64,000 bases of DNA. Source: Octopus sinensis. Taxonomy: Eukaryota. The notes beneath the pieces are model-generated. The model did no database searches. It saw only the letters and a program-made list of their open reading frames with translations, and was not told the origin of the DNA. The stretch spans positions 134,788,001-134,852,000 of the forward strand of contig NC_043001.1 of NCBI RefSeq assembly GCF_006345805.1. Reading direction: 5' to 3'. Positions 24,750 to 34,849 of this stretch are shown here, piece after piece. How positions within the stretch are numbered: the first letter of the stretch is position 1; each line of letters begins with the position of its first letter. Both the position numbers and the translations under genes were made by a program.

Positions 24750-25179
24750 TTAAGCAATGTGAGAGAGAAAACACCAGAAATTGTTCTTCCTGAAGTTTTA
24801 ATGGAAGGAGAGTCTCCTTGCAAACAGTAATCCTTCTCCTCCCCACTCTATCATCTTCCTCATGCACAAATCATCTCATCTTTAAGGTGATTCAGCTAAT
24901 AAAACCAATTTACATATTTCTTTTGCATTCTCTTTTTTATAATTGTCATTTTACTTGTAACTACACCTTTTCTGTTTTAAAACCCGTTAAAAATTATTTT
25001 TGGGTGATTTTTGGGAGATTAATTATATTTTAGTTAATTGCAATGGGGAAAATTGATTTGCAAAACAAGTAAATCATAAAACAAGCTTGGTCATGGAATA
25101 AATTAAACTCGTACTGTCAGGTGTCACTGTATATATATACAGTATATATATACAGTATATATATACAGTATATATATAC

Positions 25180-25216
<37 letters not shown>

Positions 25217-25588
25217 CAATAATAAATCTCTGAAGGAGGTATAGACAGTAACTGCACGACAATGTGAAGTATATTTGCCATCTCAATATGAAGATGTTCT
25301 CCTGGGGCTACAAGCTACAGTAACATCCACCCTTAGTGGTTAGCCATATATATATATGTATATATATAGAATAAAACTTTATATATAAAGAACGTGAAAT
25401 ACACGAATTGACGAACACGGAAAACAGACAGTCATTCAGAGCCTTCATTCTTCAGTCAGAAACCGATTCATCATGGCAAATTTCGGCTGAATAAGTCCCG
25501 GGGTCGAGTTGCTCGACTAAAGGCGGTGCTCCAGCATGGCCGCAGTCAACTGACTGAATCAAGTAAAAGAGTAAAAGAGTAAAGAGAG

Positions 25589-25628
<40 letters not shown>

Positions 25629-26029
25629 TATATATATACATAGGTATATATCAATGGTGACTCCAGCACCTGGGATGTTCGGGCTTAGCACAAGTATAAA
25701 TTTAGTAAGGTAATGTGTATTTGCAAGTTGATTTAATTTCTGCCAACACTGACTTCAAGTATTTAATTGCAGCCAATAACTCAGGTTCTTTTTATTGAGC
25801 CTAACAATTAAATTAATTTAACAATTAAGAAAAAACCCCACAAAAAACGAAAGGCTAAAATTTAGGGTAAGGGTTAGGGTTAGTGACAGGATGTCTCAGT
25901 TTTAGACGCAGCAAATGATTTTAGCTGAATAGAGGCCATTGATTGGTTAAAATTCGAAAAATTAAACTACGTTAAACTTACAAATTATAATTTTCTCAAG
26001 AAAGCCAAGAGAAAAAAATGTTTCATTTT

Positions 26030-26308
26030 AACCAAGCCCTTCTGGGTATTAACGCGCGTCTACGATGAGTCTACGATTTAACAAAAAAATTACCATCAAT
26101 TTTTCCCATTTTTAATGCATTTTTGGCATATATAAGGGAAGTAACTCTCTAAAAATTTATTATTAAATCTCAGAACGTAAAAAGCTACAGTAACACCCCC
26201 CCCTTTGTGGTTAGCCATATTGAGATGGCTATTATACTTTACATCTCTAAAAATGCTTATATAGTTATTTCCCTTACAAACCCGAGCAACGCCGAGCGAT
26301 ACTGCTAG
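26030..26308 (+). mobile_element. Non-autonomous Helitron, 3' part
   Basis: Ends CCCGAGCAACGCCGAGCGATACTGCTAG|T (subterminal hairpin plus CTAG); homologous to 27743-28247. Confidence 0.75.
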
Positions 26309-26947
26309 TATATACATACGTGTGTGTGTGTGTATATGTTTGTCCCTCCATTCTACTGCTTGACAACTGGTGTTGGTGTATTTATGTCCCCTATAACTTA
26401 GTGTTTTGGCAGAGGCAGATAGAATAAATACCATGCTTTAAAAAGAATAAATCCTGGGATCGATTTCTTCCATTAAAACACAGCATTCTTTCGTTTCGAC
26501 GTGAAAAATTACGACACAGTACTCGGTAATTTCCGTGAGCACGTGTTGTCTTGTCAACTGTTAGTTGATGTATCAAAATGGAAAGAGAAAGCTAATGGGT
26601 TGTACATGCGTGTGTGCGTGCTTGTTCCGCTGTGTGTGTGTGTGTGTGTGTGTGCATGCTTGTTCTTGTTTGTGTGTGTGTGTTTGATCTTGCTTGTGTG
26701 TGTGTGTGTGTGTCTACGGAGTACTGTGTAGTGATTTTCCTAGACGGTGATCCAGTATGACTGAAGCAAGAAAAGGAATAAAAGAACACGTACATAGGAA
26801 TAGCAACCTTTGCCCATTCCTACAAACGACCACAGAAAAGGGGACATCACTCATGGCTTTCGCATGTTTCCCAGGTTGATACAGTTACTAACTTCGAAGT
26901 TAGATCTGTTCATCACACCCAAGGAATTATTAACTGCATTTACAATC

Positions 26948-27382
26948 GGTGATCTTTCGTCTCTAGTAGACCTTTCCGTCGATTTCCGTAAAAAAAATTT
27001 TTTTTTTACATATGGGCTTGCGGGAACTTTTGAAGTAATATACATACATATACACATACACCGAGTAAAAAATTTCAGTTATCTCTTTCTTTCACACATT
27101 ACTCTGTCTCTTCACACACACTAAGAGAAGCACTTCACTTACACAACATACTGTCTGTCTCCCACACCCCATCAAACACACACACACACACGCACGCACA
27201 CACACATGTACATCAATGCTTCACATGCACGGTAACTTCAAAAGAACTTCCCTCGTCATACAATCGCTTTCTCTTAGTCTCTTTCGCTCTCATTACTTCA
27301 AAAGTTCCCGCAAGCCCATATGTAAAAAAAAAAATTTTTTACGGAAATCGACGGAAAGGTCTACTAGTGACGAAAGATTGCC
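26948..27382. mobile_element. MITE with ~90-bp TIRs (GG..CC termini) flanked by a 19-bp direct repeat
   Basis: TIRs 26948-27038 and 27292-27382; ATTAACTGCATTTACAATC at 26929-26947 and 27383-27401. Confidence 0.85.
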
Positions 27383-27444
27383 ATTAACTGCATTTACAAT
27401 CTACTTAAAAGTCCCAATTAGAAATACGAAAACAAAAAAAAAAC

Positions 27445-28443
27445 GACACTGTCATGCTTTTAGCTGTCAGAAGTGAAAGTAGTCAACTTCGTGTATTTAC
27501 GTCGTCAGGTTTATATCTTCGTTAATTTACGCCGTTTATTTACGTACCACCACGCTGTTAGGTTTATAAAACAATTGAAGTTCAGTTTAAAGTTTATAAA
27601 TAAATACATTTCATTCCACATATACACACACACACACACGTTTGTATGAATTGGTGTATGTGATCGCGGTGGTGGTGGTGGTCATTTGTGCAGATTTGGT
27701 GTGATTTCTTTTTTAAAAACTAATGAATAATGCAAGAATATATCTATATATATAAAACTCTAGTTGTGTGAGTGTCTGTCCCCTTCGATTTAGATTCCTA
27801 ACTCCTCCCACATTTTGCGGTGCAGTTTAACCAAATTCGGGTATCTTATAGTCGTGATTCATATCGAGCCCGTCTGACTATTAGCGCGCGTCAACGATGA
27901 GTCTACGATTTTAAAAATAATTTAACATCATTTTTTATTCCATTTTAATGCATAAAATGCATCGTGTGTCGATGGCGGCGGAGTTGGCGTCCACGCTCAC
28001 AGCTGCACCTGTTTGCTTCTCCCCCTTCCCTCCCTCGTGAAGCTGTGGGGAAGGGAGTGTAAAGAAATCAACGTCGTAATGCGTTGTGAAGGAAACCAGC
28101 GTTCTTTTAGAACAACGACTTCATGGCTTGAAGACACCAAAACAAAAATGGCTAAGAAAGCCCGAATTTATAAGGGAAGTAACTCTCTAAAAATGCTTTA
28201 TAGTTATTTCCCTTACAAACCCGAGCAACGCCGGGCGATACTGCTAGTTTATTTATAAAGTTTAAACAGAACATGGAATGAAATGTATTTATAAACTTTA
28301 AACTGAACTTCAATTGTTTTATTAACCTAACAGCGTGGTGGTACGTAAATAAACAGCGGAAATTAACGAAGGTATAAACCTGACGACGTAAATACACGAA
28401 GTTGACGACTTTCACTTCTGACAACTAAAAGCATGACAGTGCC
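27445..28443. mobile_element. Merlin-like MITE with ~175-bp TIRs, containing a nested Helitron
   Basis: 27445-27619 is the reverse complement of 28274-28443 (terminus G(G/A)CACTGTCATGC). Flanks aaaaaaac / gaaaaaac are a possible 8-bp TSD with one mismatch. Confidence 0.7.
27743..28247 (+). mobile_element. Non-autonomous Helitron, complete
   Basis: 5' A|TCTATATATATAAAA; 3' hairpin CCCGAGCAACGCCGGG followed by CTAG|T; no TSD. Confidence 0.8.
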
Positions 28444-28744
28444 GAAAAAACTTTATTTAATTAAAAAAATATCGTTTAAAAAGAAATAAAAACAGTTTAC
28501 CATAGAAGAAAACAATAAGATTAACATGTGATATCAGCTGAAGGGTCCATTTTAAGTTGTTCTATTTTTTGGGGCAAAAGTTCCACCATTTCTTCACATA
28601 TTTGCAATTCATTAGCAATAAATTCCGATCCCTTTGGGTCCTTACGACAATAATCAACAATACATTTGAAACATGCAAGTCTTCTTTCAATATTTTTGAT
28701 TTTCATCTCCGCATCTGAACAAATGAATTTTGTGTAAAGGTTAC

Positions 28745-28950
28745 ACCTGTTTCTTTATTATCCACAAGGGGCTAAACACAGAGGGGACAAACAAGGACAG
28801 ACAAACGTATTAAGTCGACTATATCGACCCCAGTGCGTAACTGGTACTTAATTTATCGACCCCGAAAGGATGAAAGGCAAAGTCGACCTCGGCGGAATTT
28901 GAACTCAGAATGTAACGCAGACGAAATACCGCTAAGCATTTCGCCTAAGC
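28745..28950 (-). mobile_element. SINE family B inserted in the KIFBP pseudogene
   Basis: 18-bp TSD ATTTTGTGTAAAGGTTAC at 28727-28744 and 28951-28968. Confidence 0.9.
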
Positions 28951-29264
28951 ATTTTGTGTAAAGGTTACCGACACAAAAATATGCAATTAATGTTGGATGA
29001 ACATCAGATTCGTCGAGCTTATCTGGCAATTGTGCACGACCACCTTTGATTGAATGGATGTATTTCATATAATGGTCGATGCTTTGAGAGACTAATAAAT
29101 CAATTTTTTTAATTGCATGTGGTGTCCTCGAAGATTCCTCGTTTTGAAATATGTTTACCTTGATGTCTAATAAACTGGAGTATGTTTCTGCAAGTTCGTA
29201 CATTAATTGACGACAAACGTGGAGATAATGCTGCGCATTAAGTGCTTCGAGTAGTTTACTTAGT

Positions 29265-29682
29265 TTATTACACACATGTGAGTGAGAACACTTTGAGATA
29301 TTTTTGGTATCTAACATATGTCAGATACTGCGAGCGCTGCTTCTGATTGGTCAATCCATGGTGATGACCCCAGGTCACGGTGACAGCGCTGCTTCTGATT
29401 GGTTAATCCATGGTGATGACTTGAGGTCACGGTGACGGCACTACTTTTGTCATTCATAAGTTACAACTAAACGTGAAGAATTTAGTTATTGGGTTAATAA
29501 AATATGGTCGTTTATTCGTGTGTAATAAATAAAATACCAAACTCATTCCCTATGGATACCGTATTTATTACAATGAGTGGCTTGTACACGTATCTAACTC
29601 GCTTTCGCTCATTAGATACGTTTACAAGCCACTTGTTGTAATAAATACGGTATCCATAGGGAACTCGTTTGGTATTCTCTAT
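29265..29682 (-). mobile_element. Non-coding hairpin-terminated insertion (unclassified; Crypton/HINE-like architecture)
   Basis: Splits KIFBP between RIDL and LSKLLEAL. Contains a ~65-bp-arm palindrome (29532-29677), a 52-bp tandem duplication (29334-29438) and a TTTATTACACAC/GTGTGTAATAAA inverted pair. Confidence 0.6.
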
Positions 29683-30593
29683 AAATCTATGCGATGCTTC
29701 TGCATCTTACATTGTCGATTTTGGTCAGTTTCAAAACACGCTAACATTTATAAGCCTTACTATGATCCCTCATTATTTCAACATAATCATTGCAATAGCT
29801 ATCAATAACATAATAGTCTTTCGCATCATTTAACCACTTCTGAACAGCAATAAATACTTCTCGTGCAGACGGGAAATCTTTTACAAATTTTTCAGGCATA
29901 TTTTCTTCCAGATCTGTTAATTCCAGTTTGAATCGAGCTGTGTTTTTTCCGAATTTTCGGGACTTTCAGTTTCAACAATCGGCTCCTTGTCTGCATTATG
30001 GTCAGCTTCCGATGAATTTTTTTTCTCATTTACCAAATCAGTTCTATCCAAATGTCTGATAAGATTAATAATAGAGAATTCTTTAGAGGACTCGAGAAGT
30101 GACAAACCATATTTTGCCCAACAGCGGCTGATGTCAGCTTTGCGCCGTGCAATGGTAGAGTCGTCAGCTTCCTGTAATATGTAGCAAGAACTTGCGAGGC
30201 AATGCCTTGCCATCATATAATCATCCACACTAAGATAGTATTGAGAAAGACTAGCAGCATTTATAGCCCATTCTAATGGGTTATACTGGTTTGATTCTAA
30301 TTGTCTAAGTAAAATTTGGTGACAGTACTTAGCAGAAAATTCGTTAATATATAGATCTGCGCCCGGGTGGGAAAATGGAAAAGAATATGTGTAACAGGTG
30401 CAAGGCATCGTATATTGAAGGAATATGACGAAAAAAAAGCGCGCTGAGAAAGGGGAGGGGAGGGGGGTCGGAAAATTCCCATGATCAACCGTAGAGGATC
30501 CGAGCAGTAAACCTCAACACCCGGTCGCAGCAGCGCAACAGAAACCGTCTAAATACTTCTAATGCAATGTATATTCAACAAATATTGTTGGGT

Positions 30594-30599
30594 GGACAA

Positions 30600-30633
<34 letters not shown>

Positions 30634-30795
30634 TTACATATATACGATGGGCTTCTTAAAGGTTCCGTCTACCAGACACACTCACAAGGTTTTTGTTGGC
30701 TCAAGGCTATAGTAGAAGACACTTGACCAAGGTACCACGCAGTGGGACTGAACCCGGAACCATGTGGTTGGTGAGGAAGCTACTTACCACACAGA
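30594..30795 (-). mobile_element. SINE family C, 5' half
   Basis: Reverse complement of the family C head. Confidence 0.75.
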
Positions 30796-31071
30796 CATCC
30801 ACTCTTTCTTGAACACATCTCTTCTAAACCCTGCCAAAGCTGTTTCCCCGAACACACTTCTCAACAAAACTCATATTTTTTTGTAACTTTCAAATAAAAT
30901 AATAAAAAAAAAAACCTTAATTTCATATTGATGTGGGGAAAATACTCCGAAAGAAATATTTGCAGAAAGGTGAGTAGATTCATTACACAATTCATTTCAT
31001 TATGTTACCGCAGTTTAGTGAGACTTGGCTGTTATTTCTAGCATGAAAATAGCTGGCTTGAGGGGGATATA

Positions 31072-31313
31072 TCTTTATATATAAAAGTGAGGTTGTGTGC
31101 TGTCTGTCTCCTATGATTTAGATTCCTAACTACTCCCACATTTTGCGGTGCAGTTTAACCAAAACTGGGTATCTTATAGTCGTGATTCATATCGAGCCCT
31201 TCTGGGTATTAGCGCGCGTCTATGATGAGTCTACGATTTTAAAAAAATTTACCATCAATTTTTCCCATTTTTAATGCATTTTTGACATATATAAGGGAAG
31301 TAACTCTCTAAAA
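31072..31313 (+). mobile_element. Non-autonomous Helitron 5' portion running into a Merlin-type element
   Basis: A|TCTTTATATATAAAA start; near-identical to 27743-27950. Confidence 0.75.
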
Positions 31314-32570
31314 ATGACGTCATCCCACAACTGGACGTCCAGCAGCTGAGTGCGTTGACCGGAAGCTGGGGCAACCGGAAGGGACAGCCGTCAGGCGTGC
31401 CCAGGCAGCGGGGAATTCGGCCTTTCTAACGTGGGTCGTCGAGGTGTCAAGACGTGTTGGTCAGTTGATACGAAAATATTTTGAAAATATATGAAACGAG
31501 ATGTTCACTGAACGTTAATATTATTTGAATTTATCTTTAATCTGGTCACTTTAATTTGCGTCATGGCATCGTGTATTACTCCGTGCAAGCTGAATCTGTA
31601 TAGCCTATTATATACGGGCCAACAATCGCCATATACAGTTGAACCAGAATGAATGTGGCATCTGATTAATGGATACAGCGTGGAAAAATCTCGCCTTTGA
31701 ATTTCACCACATTCCGATGTCAGGGGTATCAAAAAATTTTTCTTGGAATCCCTTTCTATTCCGCCAAAAAGCCAATTAGTTTTCACAAGTCTCCCCCTGT
31801 TATATTTCCTCCTAACCAAGACTGTCTCATCCATTTCAACTTCGATCCCTGGTCCTCCAATTGGTGCTTGGGAATTTGCGACCCAATGAAGGCAGACTTC
31901 AGAGCAGAAAGACCTCCAATCAACAGACGTGGCAAGCGATATATCTAAATTCTCCATAACAGCTTGATGCGACCAACCTTCTGTTTAGAAATGATTTATA
32001 TACAAAAGAATTTTCCATGGGAGTAACCGACTCCGATCCAAAAAGGTGTTCTTAAATATGGAAACCGAAAAACCACATTCTGTTGCCTTTTGTCTTCTAC
32101 GACGAACCATCTTCCTGCAACGAAATATATCTGTTCCATTTCGTAGAACACACGGTGAATTGCACGTTGGGCAATTCACATTTCTTGGGATTACTCCATG
32201 TTCTCGAAAAAATTCTAATGCCGAGTCATCTTTATGTTGAAATCTAGAAATCCCGTTATACAGATTCAGCTCGCACGGAGTAATACACAATGCCATGACA
32301 CAAATTAAGGCGACCAGATTAAAGATAAATTCAAATAATATTAACGTTCAGTGAACGTCTCGTTTCATATATTTTCAAAATATTTTCGTATCAACTGACA
32401 AACACATCTTGACACCTCGACGACCCATGTTAGAAAGGTTGTATTCCCTGCTGCTTGCGCACGCCTGACGGCTGCCCCTTCCTGTTGCCCTAGCTTCTGG
32501 TCAACACACCCAGCTGCTGGACGTCCAGTTGTGGAATGACGTCATTTTTAGAGAGTTACTTCCCTTATAT
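31289..32570 (-). mobile_element. Merlin (IS1595/ISXO2-like) transposon derivative with ~310-bp inverted repeats
   Basis: 31289-31601 is the reverse complement of 32257-32570 (some mismatches); encloses transposase coding sequence. Confidence 0.8.
31602..32296 (-). pseudogene. Merlin/IS1595-family DDE transposase, truncated
   Basis: Zn-ribbon CPTC..FRC..C-GFSVSIFKNTFL (ORF 31985-32296), then IGGPGIEVEMDETVLVRRKYNRGR..WLFGGIER..RRDFSTLYPLI..IHSGSTVYGDCWPVY (ORF 31505-31957). One stop between the pieces; the C-terminal catalytic-Glu region is missing. Confidence 0.85.
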
Positions 32571-32815
32571 TACTTCTACTCAAGGATGCTAGTAATTGCC
32601 ACCATTTTGGATGGGACTATGTGACATTGCACAAGGTTATATGGGACTTTAAAAGTAATAGATACATAGATCAGTGGAGGCAAATTATTGAGGGACTTCT
32701 TTTAGTATTTCCCTTGCATTGTCCTTTTTATTTTTAGCAAGAATTTGCATTCAGCACATGCATTGCATTATACAATAACAATCACATGTACTCCACACAC
32801 ACACACACATATATA

Positions 32816-33206
32816 TACTCTTTAATCTTATTTCAGTCATTTGACTGTGGCCATGCTGGAGCACCACCTTTAGTCGAGCAAATCAGCCCCGGGACTTATC
32901 TTTGTAAGCCCAGTACTTATTCTATCGGTCTCTTTTGCCGAACCGCTAAGTGGCGGGGATGTAAACACACCAGCATCGGTTGTCAAGCAATGCTAGAGGG
33001 ACAAACACAGACACACACATACATATATATATATACATATATACGACAGGCTTCTTTCAGTTTCCGTCTACCAAATCCACTCACAAGGCATTGGTCGGCC
33101 TGGGGCTATAGCAGAAGACACTTGCCCAAGGTGCCACACAGTGGGACTGAACCCGGAACCATGTGGTTGGTTAGCAAGCTACTTACCACATAGCCACTCC
33201 TGCGCC

Positions 33207-33207
<1 letters not shown>
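32816..33207 (-). mobile_element. SINE family C
   Basis: Full copy. Confidence 0.85.
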
Positions 33208-33260
<53 letters not shown>

Positions 33261-33770
33261 TATTTATACATATAAATGTACACTAATGTATACAACATGT
33301 GACATATATTGGATGTACATGTATGCGTATCTTACCATTTATGATGTTTCAAAGTTTTGAAAGTAAATTAGTTCATGAAATTGTAAGATCATAAAATATA
33401 TTTTTCAAATTATGTTATGTCTTATATATGTTTATGTTATACATATCTGTACAGTTTAGAATACCAGCATCAGTTCCTGGGAGGATGTGTCTGCTATGCA
33501 TATTGTGCATATGATCAATAATGGCTTTATATCTTAAATTTATTCTGGTCAGCTAGGTGGTAAAATGCATCAAGGGTCATGCTTGAAATTTTGTAGTTTA
33601 AATTGTTGAATGGGCATGCAAGATATGAAGGTTCCTTTCCTAATGTTCAAAAAGTTTGCTGTTGGAGATATGATGCATAATTTCCATGATACACAGGTTG
33701 CATCTGCTTCCTTGTCCCTTATATTTGCTGACCTTAGCTATGATGCTCCAATTTATTTGGTAGTTGTTGC

Positions 33771-34089
33771 TCGGAGGGATGTAGAGGACGTGGGTGTGGG
33801 GCCTCGCCGTGTCTTTGTTCCTACTACTGCTCCTACTCCTCTGCTTCCGCATGTCGGCGGGCTCCCTCCGCGATTTGTTGTCGTCGGCCGCGCGATTCGG
33901 GGCGGCGCGGCCGTCGCAACAGCGCTTCGCAACGATGACGGTCTGGCAATACGGGAGACGGACGATCGAGCGGCGGCGGCTCACGCGCGAGACAATGCAG
34001 GCCTCGCGGTGAGCGCTGCCCTTTCTTGCGACTCCCCGCCACAGCGAACGGTGTTATCGTGTCGTGACCGCCTCTCAACTGGACGGGCC
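33771..34089 (-). other. GC/CpG-rich segment downstream of the 5.8S fragment (ITS2-like rDNA)
   Basis: Abrupt GC-rich island contiguous with the 5.8S piece; ITS identity is inferred from position only. Confidence 0.5.
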
Positions 34090-34175
34090 CGCAATGTGCG
34101 TTCGAGGTGTCGATGTTCACTGAGTCCTGCAATTCGCATCAGTTCACGCGGATAGCCGCGCTCTTCATCAACGCT
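34090..34175 (-). rRNA. 5.8S rRNA gene fragment (dispersed, non-functional copy)
   Basis: Minus strand reads GCGTTGATGAAGAGCGCGGCTATCCGCGTGAACTGATGCGAATTGCAGGACTCAGTGAACATCGACACCTCGAACGCACATTGCGG, containing the conserved 5.8S motifs GATGAAGA.CGC, GAATTGCAG and CATCGA..GAACGCA. Confidence 0.85.
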
Positions 34176-34849
34176 CTTCTTCTTTGAGGTTCCATACCAT
34201 ATTAGACAAGGACACTATATGCTTTTTATTCTTATCTCTATACAAAGTCAAGTGCTGCATGTATCTTTCCTTGTAAGTTGTTATGGTCCCATCCATGTCA
34301 GTCATGTTAGCCTTGTAAACTAATTCTTTTTTCTGGCACATATTATTCAAAGGAGTTATTGGGAATCTACAATTACAATATCAATGAGGGGTATTCCTAA
34401 TGCCATTATTCTTAGTGATTGAAGATCATTGAGCCTATGTTGACTGGGAGTGGGGCAATTATAACTAACTTTAACCTTGTTTCTGTTAAAGGTCTGTTGA
34501 TATTTGTATATCAGAAATCATCTAGCTATATTTGTAGCCATGTTCATGCTGTATGGAGGATTATACCACAAAACTTTCCTACATCTGACTCTCTCATCAA
34601 TACATACATTCATACATGCATACACGCATTCATACATGCACACACACATACACAGGCATACACGTGCACATATTTATATATATTACGTAGGAAAGTCAGT
34701 TCTGTTGCATTTTTGACATGATTCCCTTGATGGTATGTTTTCTGTACTTACAGTAAAATAAGTATAAATTTTTTCTTTGCAAATTACTTTTGTACTATAG
34801 TGGTTAAATTTTACCACTTTTGCTTGGGAAATTTTTCTCTCACAGTTTC

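Larger units (their letters stand above)
20750..25130 (+). mobile_element. Tigger/pogo (DDE_1) transposon relic split by nested insertions
   Basis: ANVKAWVTRQFFSEWVN..LILGNASAHP..NFKKLY (20750-21010) resumes after the LINE as TKHLFHRCFEV..IINIAWQSVS (23515 onward). KQTSLDMFL-type C-terminus near 24445-24470. Ends ..CACTG|TA at ~25129. Confidence 0.75.
28521..30362 (-). pseudogene. KIFBP: KIF-binding protein (KBP/KIAA1279) pseudogene: C-terminal part, intronless, frameshifted, with two insertions
   Basis: AQIY..SAKYCHQILLRQLESNQYNPLEWAINAASLSQYY..ARHCLASS..ADISRCWAKYGLSLLE; DFPSAREVF..AKDYYVIDSYCNDYVEIMRDHS; FETDQNRQCKMQKHRIDL; LNAQHYLHVCRQLMYELAETYSSLLDIK; ELQICEEMVELLPQK. Frameshifts near 30345, 29945 and 29750; insertions at 28745-28950 and 29265-29682. 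Confidence 0.88.
33560..34560 (-). mobile_element. Penelope-like retroelement relic (GIY-YIG endonuclease region), split by an rDNA fragment
   Basis: MCQKKELVYKAN..YKERYMQH..SLSNMVWNLKEE (34168-34350) continues as NNYQINWSII..KYKGQGSRCNLCIMEI (33640-33770); this matches my recollection of the C-terminal endonuclease region of Penelope-like elements. Confidence 0.6.

Noticed and set aside
25440-25490. Possible second hammerhead (TGATGA / CCGAAA on the minus strand)
   Set aside because: Core motifs are in the wrong order and the region is cut by a SINE tail; it cannot be folded convincingly.
25861-25884. Telomeric TTAGGG repeats
   Set aside because: Only about three imperfect units inside repeat-like sequence; not a telomere.
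33610-34155. GC-rich 181-aa ORF suggesting a horizontally acquired bacterial gene
   Set aside because: Open only because of high GC; the segment contains 5.8S rRNA motifs on the opposite strand.
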